In this document: positions 20,698-30,120 of the stretch, piece by piece
Numbering within the stretch: the stretch's first letter is position 1
Layout: every line of letters starts with the position of its first letter
Assembly (NCBI GenBank): GCA_964556665.1
Contig: CAZKXU010000001.1
Location: forward strand, 36,078-100,077
Source: an uncultured Bdellovibrionales bacterium
Lineage (GTDB): Bacteria > Bdellovibrionota_C > UBA2361 > CAZKXU01
DNA length: 64,000 bases
Direction: 5' to 3'
Position numbers and translations under genes: made by a program
Notes under the pieces: generated by a model
Told to the model about the DNA's origin: nothing
The model's database searches: none
Seen by the model: only the letters and a program-made list of their open reading frames with translations

Positions 20698-20884
20698 TAG
20701 GGTCGTAGAGTAACATTATGGGTGGTGGTAATAAATATGAGTGAAATTGTCTTGTAAATACAGCCTCTTGCAGTCTTACATGACGGGGTTGTTTCAACTT
20801 GGATAGCAGTATACAATCCTCTCCTAAACTTTTTATTGTTTGCTGAACTGAGTCCAGTCTGAATCGATTCAGATCAGGAATCTT

Positions 20885-21946
20885 ATGTTTTCATTTCGAT
20901 TCAAGCATGTCTGCTTAGAGGCTTACGCCGTTAATCTTCCACCTAATGAACTATCTTCTGATACGATTGAAGATAGACTCGCCGCCGTTTATCAGAGGCT
21001 ATCTATCCCGCTTGGGACTCTGGAAAAACTAAGTGGTATTAAAACTAGATATTTTTGGCCGAATGGTACTCTTCCCAGCCAGCCCGCAACGGAGGTATCA
21101 AAGCTTGCGCTTGAGAAAATTGGATTCGATCGGAGTCATATCGGTGCTATAATTAACACCTCTGTTACTCGTGATTATTTTGAGCCAGCTACTGCCTGTA
21201 TAGTTCATGGGAACCTAGGGCTAGCGGAGACAACAGTTGCCTTTGATGTGACTAATGCTTGTATCGGATTCTCTAACGGAATCTTTCTGCTTGCCAATAT
21301 GATTGAGTCCGGCATGATCAAGGCCGGAATAATCGTATCTGCAGAGGTGTTGAACCGTTTTCTTGATTCAAGCCTTGAGTATGTGCAGCATAGTAAAGAC
21401 GTAAGTCGTGATAATCTCCTAAAACTTCTGCCTGCCTTTACATTAGGTAGCGGATCGGTCGCGTGGGTTTTGGCGCATGAAAGCATCGCCACACAGAGGC
21501 ATAGAATTGTTGGTGGCGTAGCGCGTTCAGCTACGCAGTTTAATGATCTTTGTAATGGGAACAATGACTACTGCGTCACGCAGCCAGGCGAGATTATGCC
21601 GGTAATGCTGACAGAGTCACAGAAGCTGATCTCTTCTGCATCCAAGCTTGGTGCAAGAGTGTGGCCAGAGGCGAGCCAGGTTTTAGGATGGAATAGTGAA
21701 GCGATTAATCACATCTTTTGCCACCAGGTTGGTAAGCAAGTCAATGAGGCTTTTTTTGCTGAGCAAGGGTTAGACTACAGCAAGGAGTATACAATTTATC
21801 GAAAGTACGGAAATTTAGTATCTGCAGCGTTACCAACGGCGGTTGCTTTAGGCATAGACGACAAGCCAGTGCGTAGCGGTGAAAAACTGTTATTAACAGC
21901 TTATGGTAGTGGTCTAAATACTGTCTTTACCGGTATTGAGTGGTAG
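20885..21946 (+). CDS. oleA: FabH-like thiolase, OleA-type (head-to-head Claisen condensing enzyme)
   Basis: KAS III fold (NACIGF active-site Cys region). First gene of a thiolase / hydrolase-ligase / dehydrogenase set. Confidence 0.6.
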   Translation: MFSFRFKHVCLEAYAVNLPPNELSSDTIEDRLAAVYQRLSIPLGTLEKLSGIKTRYFWPNGTLPSQPATEVSKLALEKIGFDRSHIGAIINTSVTRDYFEPATACIVHGNLGLAETTVAFDVTNACIGFSNGIFLLANMIESGMIKAGIIVSAEVLNRFLDSSLEYVQHSKDVSRDNLLKLLPAFTLGSGSVAWVLAHESIATQRHRIVGGVARSATQFNDLCNGNNDYCVTQPGEIMPVMLTESQKLISSASKLGARVWPEASQVLGWNSEAINHIFCHQVGKQVNEAFFAEQGLDYSKEYTIYRKYGNLVSAALPTAVALGIDDKPVRSGEKLLLTAYGSGLNTVFTGIEW

Positions 21947-24519
21947 CCTCTAAATCGATGTTCTCCACCTTTGCAATATCAAAACTTCTTCCCTTTAAGT
22001 CTAATTACCTGGAAGTAGCTGGGTATAAGATGCATTATCTTGATGAGGGCAGCGGTCCTATAGTTGTAGCTCTTCACGGCAATCCGACCTGGTGTTTTTA
22101 TTATAGAAATCTAATTACAGAGCTGCGCCAGCATTTTCGCATTATAGTTCCTGATTATATCGGCTGCGGACTCTCAGACCATCCTGAGGATAAACACTTC
22201 AGAGCAATTCATAGAATCGAGCAGCTGGATGAATTCCTTTCAAAATTAGGAATTAATAAGCTTTCATTAATAATGCACGATTGGGGCGGACCGATCGGGA
22301 CAGGCTGGGCAGTACGAAATATTTCTAAAGTTGAACGCCTAGTCTTCTTAAATACAACACTGACGGAAACAGATGCATTACCGCGCGTTATCAAAATGGC
22401 CGCCAAGGGTTGGATCGGGAGATACATCACAAAATATAGTATGCGTTTTCTTAAGCTTACTACGGATTTTGGGGTGGTGCACAAGCTTTCGAAAGAAATA
22501 AAGCAGGGATATTACTATCCGTATCGCAGTTCGAAACGTCGTACGGCTATATGTGATTTCGTTTCTGATATCCCATTTGACAGCAGCTATCCAAGCTACG
22601 GTGATCTTATGGATATGGCGGGTCGTCTAGCGGATCTTAGATCGGTTCCTGTGAAAATAATTTGGGGATTAAAAGATCCATGTTTTCATAGGGAGATGCT
22701 TAACAAAGTTGCAAAGCACTTTCCGCAAGCCGAGGTGGTTGAAATCCCAGAGGCATCGCATCTCGTATTAGAAGATGCACCGCAAATTGTCTGCCCAGCT
22801 GTTAAATCATTTTTACTTGATCCAGCACCCCGCAGCGGAACGGCAGTCTCAAACATGGCACCTTCTTATGAATTACAGCCTAATCGATTTTTTAAATCAT
22901 TCAGCGAACATGCACAAAAATCACCCTCTGCAGATGCAGCCATAGTACCTTGGTTTTTTGGAGAGATGGTAACTTATAACCATATTAGTTTTCGTGATTT
23001 ACAACTCTTAGTAAATAAGTATCAGCGCGGTTTGGCAGAGTTAGGTTTGCAGCGCGGGGACAAAGTCATAATGTTAGTGTCACCTGGAGTTGATTTTCTA
23101 GCACTAAGCTATGCTGTGATGGGTCGCGGAGCGATCCCTGTTTTTCTTGATCCTGGAATGGGGAAGGAGAATCTCTTAAACTCTATTGAACATGTAAAAC
23201 CTGCTGCTTTCATAGGATCTCCAAAGGCGCAGGTGCTGCGTTGGCTTAAAAGATCTTTGTTTGCTGGCATCAAGTTTCATCTTACGGCCAGCGAGTGGTT
23301 CTATACTGGCGGGCCGACTCTCTCCTATCTTAAAAAATTCTCATCATTCCCACCTGATCCGGTACAGGGGACAGGAGTGGCTCTGATTGCATTTACCTCA
23401 GGTGCGACCGGAGTGCCAAAAGGTGTGATATATACAGATGAAATGGTAGATGCACAGCTTCAGATCTTTAAAGATTCTTTTGGAATACAGCCTTTAAACA
23501 AAGATCTGCCACTATTGCCGATTTTTTCCTTATTTAACCTGGCATTGGGTGTGTGTAGTGTTTTCCCGCCTGTAGATCCATCAAAGCCACTAGAATTATC
23601 TCCATCCAAAATAGTTAAAATTATAAATGACCTTAATGTTGATTACTCATTTGGTTCACCTACGCTTTGGAGAAAAATAGGGGAGTACTGTTTGCGCAGC
23701 ACTGATAAGCTTCCTTCAATCCGTACTATATTAATGGCAGGTGCACCTGTGCCTCCAGAGACGGTAGTGTTAGTTAAAAACTATCTGCCTAACGGAGAGG
23801 TGTATACTCCTTATGGAGCTACGGAGGCTTTGCCGGTAACATTTGTTTCAGGTGAGGATATTTTAACACATCAAAGTGTGCCGGCGCTTACTGGGGAGTT
23901 AGGAACATTCGTTGGTCGAGCTGTTTCTGGCCTTGAGGTGAAAATTATCTCTGAATCTGATGAGAGATTAAGTGAAACTGTATCTCTGCCTCCTCTGCAG
24001 ATAGGGGAGATAGTTGTACGCGGGAAAAATGTTAGTTCAGAATATCTAGATCTGCCGAGATCAAATGAGCTTTCTAAAATACCTACCTCTTCAGGTCTAT
24101 GGCACCGCATGGGTGATATGGGCTATCTCGATAAGATCGGCAACCTGTATTTTTGCGGACGCAAGAGTCATATAGTGAAGTGGCAAGGAAAAGTATTTTA
24201 TAGTATTCCAGTCGAGCGTGTTTTTAATCAGCATCCCAAAGTTAGACGTTCTGCTTTAATTGCACTTGCTCGATCCTCTGGTATTGGAATTGCGATTGAA
24301 CCGTATCCGCAACACATGCCATCAAGCACAGATGAGCGTGATAAATTCATAGAGGAGCTTTTACAGTTAGGCGCAGCGAATCCTCTTACTGCCTCTTTAG
24401 CTAACATTTTCTTCTTTCCAAGTTTCCCGGTAGACAGTCGACATAACGCTAAAATCTTTAGGGATAAGCTGGGAGAGATGGCATCAAGGGAGGGATATGA
24501 ACATGAGCGCGCAGCATAA
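21940..24519 (+). CDS. oleBC: Fused alpha/beta-hydrolase (OleB-like) plus AMP-dependent synthetase/ligase (OleC-like, beta-lactone synthetase family)
   Basis: N-terminal HGNPTWCFYYR haloalkane-dehalogenase-like hydrolase motif. AMP-binding motif FTSGATGVPKGV further on. 859 aa. Confidence 0.65.
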   Translation: MVASKSMFSTFAISKLLPFKSNYLEVAGYKMHYLDEGSGPIVVALHGNPTWCFYYRNLITELRQHFRIIVPDYIGCGLSDHPEDKHFRAIHRIEQLDEFLSKLGINKLSLIMHDWGGPIGTGWAVRNISKVERLVFLNTTLTETDALPRVIKMAAKGWIGRYITKYSMRFLKLTTDFGVVHKLSKEIKQGYYYPYRSSKRRTAICDFVSDIPFDSSYPSYGDLMDMAGRLADLRSVPVKIIWGLKDPCFHREMLNKVAKHFPQAEVVEIPEASHLVLEDAPQIVCPAVKSFLLDPAPRSGTAVSNMAPSYELQPNRFFKSFSEHAQKSPSADAAIVPWFFGEMVTYNHISFRDLQLLVNKYQRGLAELGLQRGDKVIMLVSPGVDFLALSYAVMGRGAIPVFLDPGMGKENLLNSIEHVKPAAFIGSPKAQVLRWLKRSLFAGIKFHLTASEWFYTGGPTLSYLKKFSSFPPDPVQGTGVALIAFTSGATGVPKGVIYTDEMVDAQLQIFKDSFGIQPLNKDLPLLPIFSLFNLALGVCSVFPPVDPSKPLELSPSKIVKIINDLNVDYSFGSPTLWRKIGEYCLRSTDKLPSIRTILMAGAPVPPETVVLVKNYLPNGEVYTPYGATEALPVTFVSGEDILTHQSVPALTGELGTFVGRAVSGLEVKIISESDERLSETVSLPPLQIGEIVVRGKNVSSEYLDLPRSNELSKIPTSSGLWHRMGDMGYLDKIGNLYFCGRKSHIVKWQGKVFYSIPVERVFNQHPKVRRSALIALARSSGIGIAIEPYPQHMPSSTDERDKFIEELLQLGAANPLTASLANIFFFPSFPVDSRHNAKIFRDKLGEMASREGYEHERAA

Positions 24520-25528
24520 CCGTTTTATAGTTACAGGAGGCGGCGGATTTGTTGGTAAGGCCTTGGCCTTAAGATTGCGTTCCTTAGGTGCTGAAGTTAT
24601 CTCAGTGTCACGCGGTAATTATCCTGAGCTTACAGCTCTTGGTATTAAACATCAGCGTGTTGATCTGACCCAGGATTTTATGGGCCTCGTCCAGGTCTTT
24701 AAAGGAGCGGACGCTGTTTTTCATGTCGCTAGTAAGACTGATATGTGGGGGCCTTATGAGGATTTTTTTAAAAGTAATGTACTAGCAACTCAGAATATGA
24801 TCGAGGCCTGCAAACTCGCAGATGTGAATAAGCTTATCTATACCAGTAGTCCTAGTGTTGTTGCCGGCGGGGAGGATCTGAATGGTGTGAATGAATCTTA
24901 TCCATATCCAAAAGAACATTTGGCATATTACCCGATGACAAAGGCTCGTGCTGAGCAGGAGGTGTTGGCCGCTAATTCCAATGATTTATATACCATCGCA
25001 TTAAGGCCGCATCTGATATTTGGTCCAGGAGACAATCATCTAGTTCCTGAAATATTGGCACGTGCTAAAGCCGGCAAGCTGGTTCGTGTAGGTAGTCGTG
25101 AAATTATGACTGACCTTACTTTTATAGACGACTGTGTTGAAGCACATCTGCTAGCCTATAAAGCCCTGGATCGCGCCAGTGCACGAGGGCGCGCGTATTT
25201 TATAAGCCAAGGTGAGCCTGTATCTTTGTGGGGATGGATTAATAAAGTCTTAGAGCTCAATCAGCTTTCTCCGGTAACTAGAAGCATACCTCAATGGCTT
25301 GCTGAGACTCTCTCTGGTCCAAGCGAGTTGCTTGGAAAGATTGCAGGGAGTCGTCCATTACTTACAAAGTTTCTTGTATGTGAGATGTCAACAAATCATT
25401 ATTTTGATATATCTGCTGCTAAAAAAGAGCTTGGATATCAACCCTCTTGTAATATAGCAGAGGCGCTCCATCGAACCTTTGGCAAGAAAACGAGCGGTGC
25501 AGTTGTGCTAGAGCAAGCTGCTACTTAA
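24497..25528 (+). CDS. oleD: NAD(P)-dependent 3beta-HSD/epimerase family reductase (OleD-like)
   Basis: TGGGGFVGKAL Rossmann motif, YxxxK region. Overlaps the oleBC stop. Confidence 0.6.
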   Translation: MNMSAQHNRFIVTGGGGFVGKALALRLRSLGAEVISVSRGNYPELTALGIKHQRVDLTQDFMGLVQVFKGADAVFHVASKTDMWGPYEDFFKSNVLATQNMIEACKLADVNKLIYTSSPSVVAGGEDLNGVNESYPYPKEHLAYYPMTKARAEQEVLAANSNDLYTIALRPHLIFGPGDNHLVPEILARAKAGKLVRVGSREIMTDLTFIDDCVEAHLLAYKALDRASARGRAYFISQGEPVSLWGWINKVLELNQLSPVTRSIPQWLAETLSGPSELLGKIAGSRPLLTKFLVCEMSTNHYFDISAAKKELGYQPSCNIAEALHRTFGKKTSGAVVLEQAAT

Positions 25529-25604
25529 AAAACAGTGTGCATACTTATCATACGCGTGCAGTCTAATTGTTAAAGATCGTCATGCTCACCTGCACACTTT
25601 ATCT

Positions 25605-26642
25605 TTGCCAAATCTTGCCAATTATACTTTCTTAGATGAAGATAATATTATGACTGGTTCTACGCTTGCCGATATCAAAAAAATTCTAGGTATATTTCTG
25701 TTTCTCCTATCTCTTGGCCCAATTAATTTACTAGCTGATTCACCAGCCAAATCTATCTGGATTGCAATTCCAAAATTTGACTACTCCCAGCATCCTGAAG
25801 ACATTTACTTCCCAATCGCTATGTTCGATGGCTTAAAGTGGCATGCTCCTTGGCCACGTCCCTTTGATGAAAAGATTATTGAGGCTTCTGAGATGGATCT
25901 AAAAAATATTCCTGAAGCGTGGACTGGAAAATCTAAGCTTCCTGGAACTTGGAATCTTAGTTATGTTGATGGCTCGAAGCAGGTATCAATCATTACGAAA
26001 ATAAAAAAAACTAATTGTAGCTGCCAGGATGCTTACGGGATTCAGTTTAATAAGAGGAGTTCTAGCCGAGCATGTCTAGCTGTTACAGGAGAAGTAAGTG
26101 CTTATTGCGCACAAGAATTGAAAACAACAAGCTCAACCAAGGAATTTGATAATAGATTCCAAAGCTTGGTTGCGGCAGAGAGTACCTTCAAAAATAAGTT
26201 GTCAAAACTTGAATCAACTACAATAAACAAAGTCTTCTTAGTCGGTCCTGAAAGGAATTTTGCATTCGCCTCTTTTTTGAAAATGTTTGCTAAGAACCAG
26301 AGCGCACTTGATAGCTGTTACGAAGGCACCAATTGCAGTCCCCCATGTCTGGGTTTTGCTTATATGAGCGGCTGGTATTTAAATGGAAAGAAGATTCAGG
26401 CATTGAATGAGGATAGTGATGTTGTAGATTGTAGTAAGGACTCTGCGGGTTATAGCTATTCACCTGATCCATTAGGTATGCTTACTTTTGGTAAGCACTC
26501 CTACCTAATTGAACAGTCTAATGGATACGAGGCTCATGGGGTAAACATTTATGAGGTACTTGGAAATAAGATGGTCCAAGTCTTTTCTACGGATACAGAC
26601 CCAGAAACTGGTAAGCCTCTTTATGCATACTGTGGGTGTTAA
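25605..26642 (+). CDS. Secreted cysteine-rich protein, unknown function
   Basis: Signal peptide (ILGIFLFLLSLGPINLLA) and many Cys. True start probably the internal Met near 25650. Confidence 0.45.
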   Translation: MPNLANYTFLDEDNIMTGSTLADIKKILGIFLFLLSLGPINLLADSPAKSIWIAIPKFDYSQHPEDIYFPIAMFDGLKWHAPWPRPFDEKIIEASEMDLKNIPEAWTGKSKLPGTWNLSYVDGSKQVSIITKIKKTNCSCQDAYGIQFNKRSSSRACLAVTGEVSAYCAQELKTTSSTKEFDNRFQSLVAAESTFKNKLSKLESTTINKVFLVGPERNFAFASFLKMFAKNQSALDSCYEGTNCSPPCLGFAYMSGWYLNGKKIQALNEDSDVVDCSKDSAGYSYSPDPLGMLTFGKHSYLIEQSNGYEAHGVNIYEVLGNKMVQVFSTDTDPETGKPLYAYCGC

Positions 26643-26746
26643 CAATCATTCATTAGTGAGTCAGGAAGAATGGGTGCTAAGCACCATAGAAGTCAGGTAG
26701 GTTCGTAGCCAACCTTTGGCTAAACCTAATAACTGTGTATGAGGAA

Positions 26747-26935
26747 TTATGCTACTATGTTCAATCGGGTACCTACACCGGGTGCGGGTGTATTGTCTAA
26801 ACCTTCAATTAGCAGTTCTGCGATATCACCTTTTTGATCGAGCGCTTTTTTAAATACTGCAACTTCAGCTTTCTGGTTATACTCTTCTAGTTTTTTGGAA
26901 GAAATTGCCGATACGGACAAGATTTCGTCTGCCAT
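26747..26935 (-). CDS. YjfB-like small protein (putative motility protein family)
   Basis: SVSAISS...AEVAVFKKALDQKGDIAELLIEGL resembles the YjfB signature. Confidence 0.4.
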   Translation of the reverse strand: MADEILSVSAISSKKLEEYNQKAEVAVFKKALDQKGDIAELLIEGLDNTPAPGVGTRLNIVA

Positions 26936-27430
26936 TGAAAACTCCTTTTACAATTTGCACCACCACAAATTGGCAACGCCCGGGGATCCATTCCCTAGTA
27001 AAAGTATCGGAGTCGACGCTTAGTTGCATAAGGCGTATTTATAGTTCAAGGGCATTTATACGAGTATAATCGAGTGCGCTCAAATTTATAGGAAACCATA
27101 GTGATTTTAGTATGTTATACGCCAATGATAATAAACAGATCCATTTCAGTCGAATTTATGACTTATAGTATGGTGATTGGTAAAGAGAGACTCGCACCTT
27201 CAATACGAATAACTTGAAGATTGTATTTTAAAACGATACCATCCTCCGCTTGTATTACTATGTTCTATAAAAATTAGTTTGGGCAGTAATTATGAGTAGA
27301 AGGGTAGGTTATCGTTCCTCGGGAGATCCTCACCGGTCTGCCCTGGAACGGTAGCGGTCAGATTGAAGGTTTTATCTAGCCGCAAACCGTTTGGCGATCC
27401 ATTCATGTTGCTTCTTCTGAGGAGCTTCAA

Positions 27431-29011
27431 TTGAAGAAAAGAGGCGGTTCAGGTTCGAAAGAGGGAATCGAGGTCATAGACAGGCCTGATGGAAAAAAGG
27501 AGGTCAAGGTTAGGCAGGTCGATCTCGCTGCTGCTGAAAACAAAAAGGAAGCAGTGGCAGCGAATCGGAGTGCTTGCGAGGGGCTTTCAGGCCTTGCACT
27601 CAAGGGCAAGGTCGTTCTCTTGAGCTTCGTCGGAGAGAACGGTTCCCGAGTAGCGCCAAGCGACACTATGCGTGACTTCGCGATCGGGAAGCTGCGCGGA
27701 AACTGTGCAGGGCTCTTCAAGCCAAACCTGCAAAGGGGTGGCTGGGAGGCGCTCTCGAAGAAGCAGGAGACGCAGTTTGTCCCGTTCGAGGAGGGCGCTG
27801 CCCCTGTGCTGGAGGTATTCGAGGAGGTTCCCTCGGAACCAGAAGCCTACGTAAAGCGGCTCTACATCGGAAGTGCTGATGCTTCCGGTGTGCTGACCAT
27901 TAGCCTTGATCTTGCTCCTCATTCCGCACTGATAGCGGATCTGGAGCGCGAGGCTGCGGAGAAGCGTGAGAGGGTCGCTGGTAAGGTGGTGGTTCTCGAG
28001 GCGCGCGCTGGTGGTGAACTGAAGAGCGATCACTGGAAGGCAGTTTTGCGTGGATTTGGCGCTGTACTTAAGGCAAAGCTGGTTCTGCGCAAGAGCTCTC
28101 TCGGTGATGGAAACTACGTTGTGCTCTTCAGCACCGATGAACGCTGGAACTTGGATAGCCGCAAGATCCTTGCCGAGCTCTTGGCACCGGTCGAATCGGC
28201 GAATCCGCAAGAGACGTCAGCGGCGGCTGAGCCGGCGGCAGAGGAAGTGGTGGCTGAAGAAGCTCCCGTGGCCGAAGCTGCAGAGCCAGAGGTGGTAGCC
28301 ACGGATGACGGCGCGCAAGCGCCGCCAGATGTTGCTCCACCCATGGATGAAGTTCCTGCAGTTGTAGAGACATCTGCGGCCGAAGCCACTCCTGCGCCGA
28401 CGGTGAAGGAAGCAGACGACGGTGCGCAGGTTCCGCCAGATGCACCTGCACAAGTGGTTGAAGTTCCGGCAGTTGAGGAGGTGCCTGGTACACAGGTGCC
28501 AAATGCTGCTGAGCTTGTGGTGGCTGAAGAACCACCACTTGGGCTTGAGGAGCTTTTGCCTGATGCGTTGCCGGCTGAAGAAGTCGCGCTGCAGGCTCCT
28601 ACTATGCCCGATGCTGCTGTTACTGCTCCCGATGCCAGCGTGGCAGAAGCTGCAGTGACACCCCCGAGTGGAGATGGTGATGCGGTCCAGGCGGCCGATA
28701 TTCAAGCAGCTCCCGAGGCTCCACCGGCAGAGCCAGAAGTGGTGGGCACAGCAGTGCTAGTTGAAGCACCGGACGTGGTGGCGCAGGCTCCGGCGGTTGA
28801 ACTGCTAGAGGAGATGTCTCCTGAGACAGGAAGAGCTGCGTCACAGATCGAGGCATTGCCTGCGGATCCAGCCCCTAGTGACGGTGCTCCACCGGTAGCT
28901 TCACTTGCACCTGCTTCCAGATCGGTACCGCCACATAACGGGCTGAAATGGTGGCAGATCATTCCCAAGCTACGTCGCCGCATGGCAAAAAACCTTGGGT
29001 TGCGAGAGTGA
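27431..29011 (+). CDS. GC-rich Pro/Ala/Glu-rich repeat protein, unknown function; TTG start
   Basis: Long ORF in a visibly GC-rich island. Acidic PAPE-type low-complexity C-terminal half with an approximately 117-bp tandem repeat (DDGAQ.PPD...EVPAV). Confidence 0.55.
   Translation: MKKRGGSGSKEGIEVIDRPDGKKEVKVRQVDLAAAENKKEAVAANRSACEGLSGLALKGKVVLLSFVGENGSRVAPSDTMRDFAIGKLRGNCAGLFKPNLQRGGWEALSKKQETQFVPFEEGAAPVLEVFEEVPSEPEAYVKRLYIGSADASGVLTISLDLAPHSALIADLEREAAEKRERVAGKVVVLEARAGGELKSDHWKAVLRGFGAVLKAKLVLRKSSLGDGNYVVLFSTDERWNLDSRKILAELLAPVESANPQETSAAAEPAAEEVVAEEAPVAEAAEPEVVATDDGAQAPPDVAPPMDEVPAVVETSAAEATPAPTVKEADDGAQVPPDAPAQVVEVPAVEEVPGTQVPNAAELVVAEEPPLGLEELLPDALPAEEVALQAPTMPDAAVTAPDASVAEAAVTPPSGDGDAVQAADIQAAPEAPPAEPEVVGTAVLVEAPDVVAQAPAVELLEEMSPETGRAASQIEALPADPAPSDGAPPVASLAPASRSVPPHNGLKWWQIIPKLRRRMAKNLGLRE
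28303..28536 (+). repeat. Approximately 117-bp in-frame tandem repeat inside the GC-rich gene
   Basis: GATGACGGCGCGCAAGCGCCGCCAGAT... recurs as GACGACGGTGCGCAGGTTCCGCCAGAT... Protein level DDGAQAPPD / DDGAQVPPD. Confidence 0.6.
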
Positions 29012-29020
29012 AGTCAGTGC

Positions 29021-29070
29021 GTGCGGGGGTGTGTCTGAAGCAGCAGACACACCCCCGCGGCCCTTAGTGG
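29021..29070 (+). terminator. Strong GC hairpin after the GC-rich gene
   Basis: GCGGGGGTGTGTCTGAAGCAGCAGACACACCCCCGC; no clean U-tract. Confidence 0.45.
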
Positions 29071-29237
29071 TTTTTAAAAGGGTGACCGCGCCGTTTGTTT
29101 TTCGTTATAGATCTAAGACTAGCGAAGCTCGCACCTTAGGCAGATAGTTGTTTTTATTGCTTCATCAATAATGCGTTGGAATAATTAGTTATTTAAAAAA
29201 CTATGAGAAGGGGCGGCTAGATCAAGCCGCGGCATAA

Positions 29238-29281
29238 AAAAACGGTGTGCATATTTATCATATGCACACCGTCTCATCGCT
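29238..29281 (-). terminator. Intrinsic terminator for the pilin-like gene
   Basis: Minus strand reads CGGTGTGCATATGATAAATATGCACACCG followed by TTTTTTT. Confidence 0.7.
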
Positions 29282-29297
29282 AAGAGTAATTCTACAC

Positions 29298-29705
29298 TTA
29301 GATACTATCTCCGATGTTCTGGTCGTTAAAGAAGGTTGAAACGAGAGAACGAAGGATAAAAGCACCTACTGCAACAACTAACAAGCCAAGAGCGGCTTTA
29401 TACTGACCGAATGCAGAGGCAAAGATAGCTCCTATTCCAGCAGCAACCATTACTAACGCACCAAATGAACCTTCAAGATATGTGAAGATTCTATTAACAG
29501 CTAATGCAATACGCTGATCGTTGTAGTTTCCTACATCAATCTGAGCACTCGCACCATGTACAAGACCGGCGCTTAATAGGCCAATCCCGATTAAGAAAAG
29601 AGCAACCTGGGCCTGACTCTGAGAAGGAGCATAAAATGCTGCCCCTACTTTCTGTCCAAGGCCAAGATAACCCTTTTTAAAAGTAGCAAGAATTTTCTTG
29701 GACAT
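29298..29705 (-). CDS. Small membrane protein, possibly VirB2/TrbC pilin-like
   Basis: 135 aa. N-terminal Lys-rich leader, hydrophobic segments separated by a loop, Gly/Ala-rich. Followed by a perfect intrinsic terminator. Confidence 0.4.
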   Translation of the reverse strand: MSKKILATFKKGYLGLGQKVGAAFYAPSQSQAQVALFLIGIGLLSAGLVHGASAQIDVGNYNDQRIALAVNRIFTYLEGSFGALVMVAAGIGAIFASAFGQYKAALGLLVVAVGAFILRSLVSTFFNDQNIGDSI

Positions 29706-30120
29706 AAATTAACTCCGTTAAGTATTAATACTATATTTTCCCTTTACCGGCAGCAAACCTTAGTTTTTACCTCAAGCAGCTGCCCCATGTGTTTTCTAAT
29801 TATGTTATGTTGACAGATAATAAGATGTGACCTGTTTTTTTATTGATATGGTGCAGCGCGGCTATGAAAAAACTAGTGTATACAGATGGTTAGCAGGCTT
29901 AATCGGTATTTGATCATTAAGTGTGGGTATTCTCTTTGTCCCAGTCCTAGTCCTAGTCCGCGTGGACTGTGATGAGGGTAAGGATTCGGACAAAGACAAA
30001 GACGAGGACTGGGACAAGGAGATTACCCACACTTTTTCAGCAGTTACGGAGAAAGAGAATACCCACACCTAATGAGCAGTTACGCAGACTTGAGATAATT
30101 AGTAGTATGCTCTCAGCACA

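Noticed and set aside
25531-25565. Hairpin-like sequence after oleD resembling the 29238-29281 terminator
   Set aside because: The two arms are not complementary in this copy (degenerate relic), so it is not called as a terminator.
26640-26750. tRNA-like stretch GGGTGCTAAGCACC...GGTTCGTAGCCAACC
   Set aside because: No canonical T-loop (GTTCGAATC-type) or acceptor/anticodon arm geometry could be built. No tRNA or rRNA found anywhere in the window.
27587-28983. Numerous 60-207 aa ORFs on both strands inside 27431-29011
   Set aside because: High local GC removes stop codons in all frames. The single long plus-strand ORF with in-frame tandem repeats is the only consistent reading.
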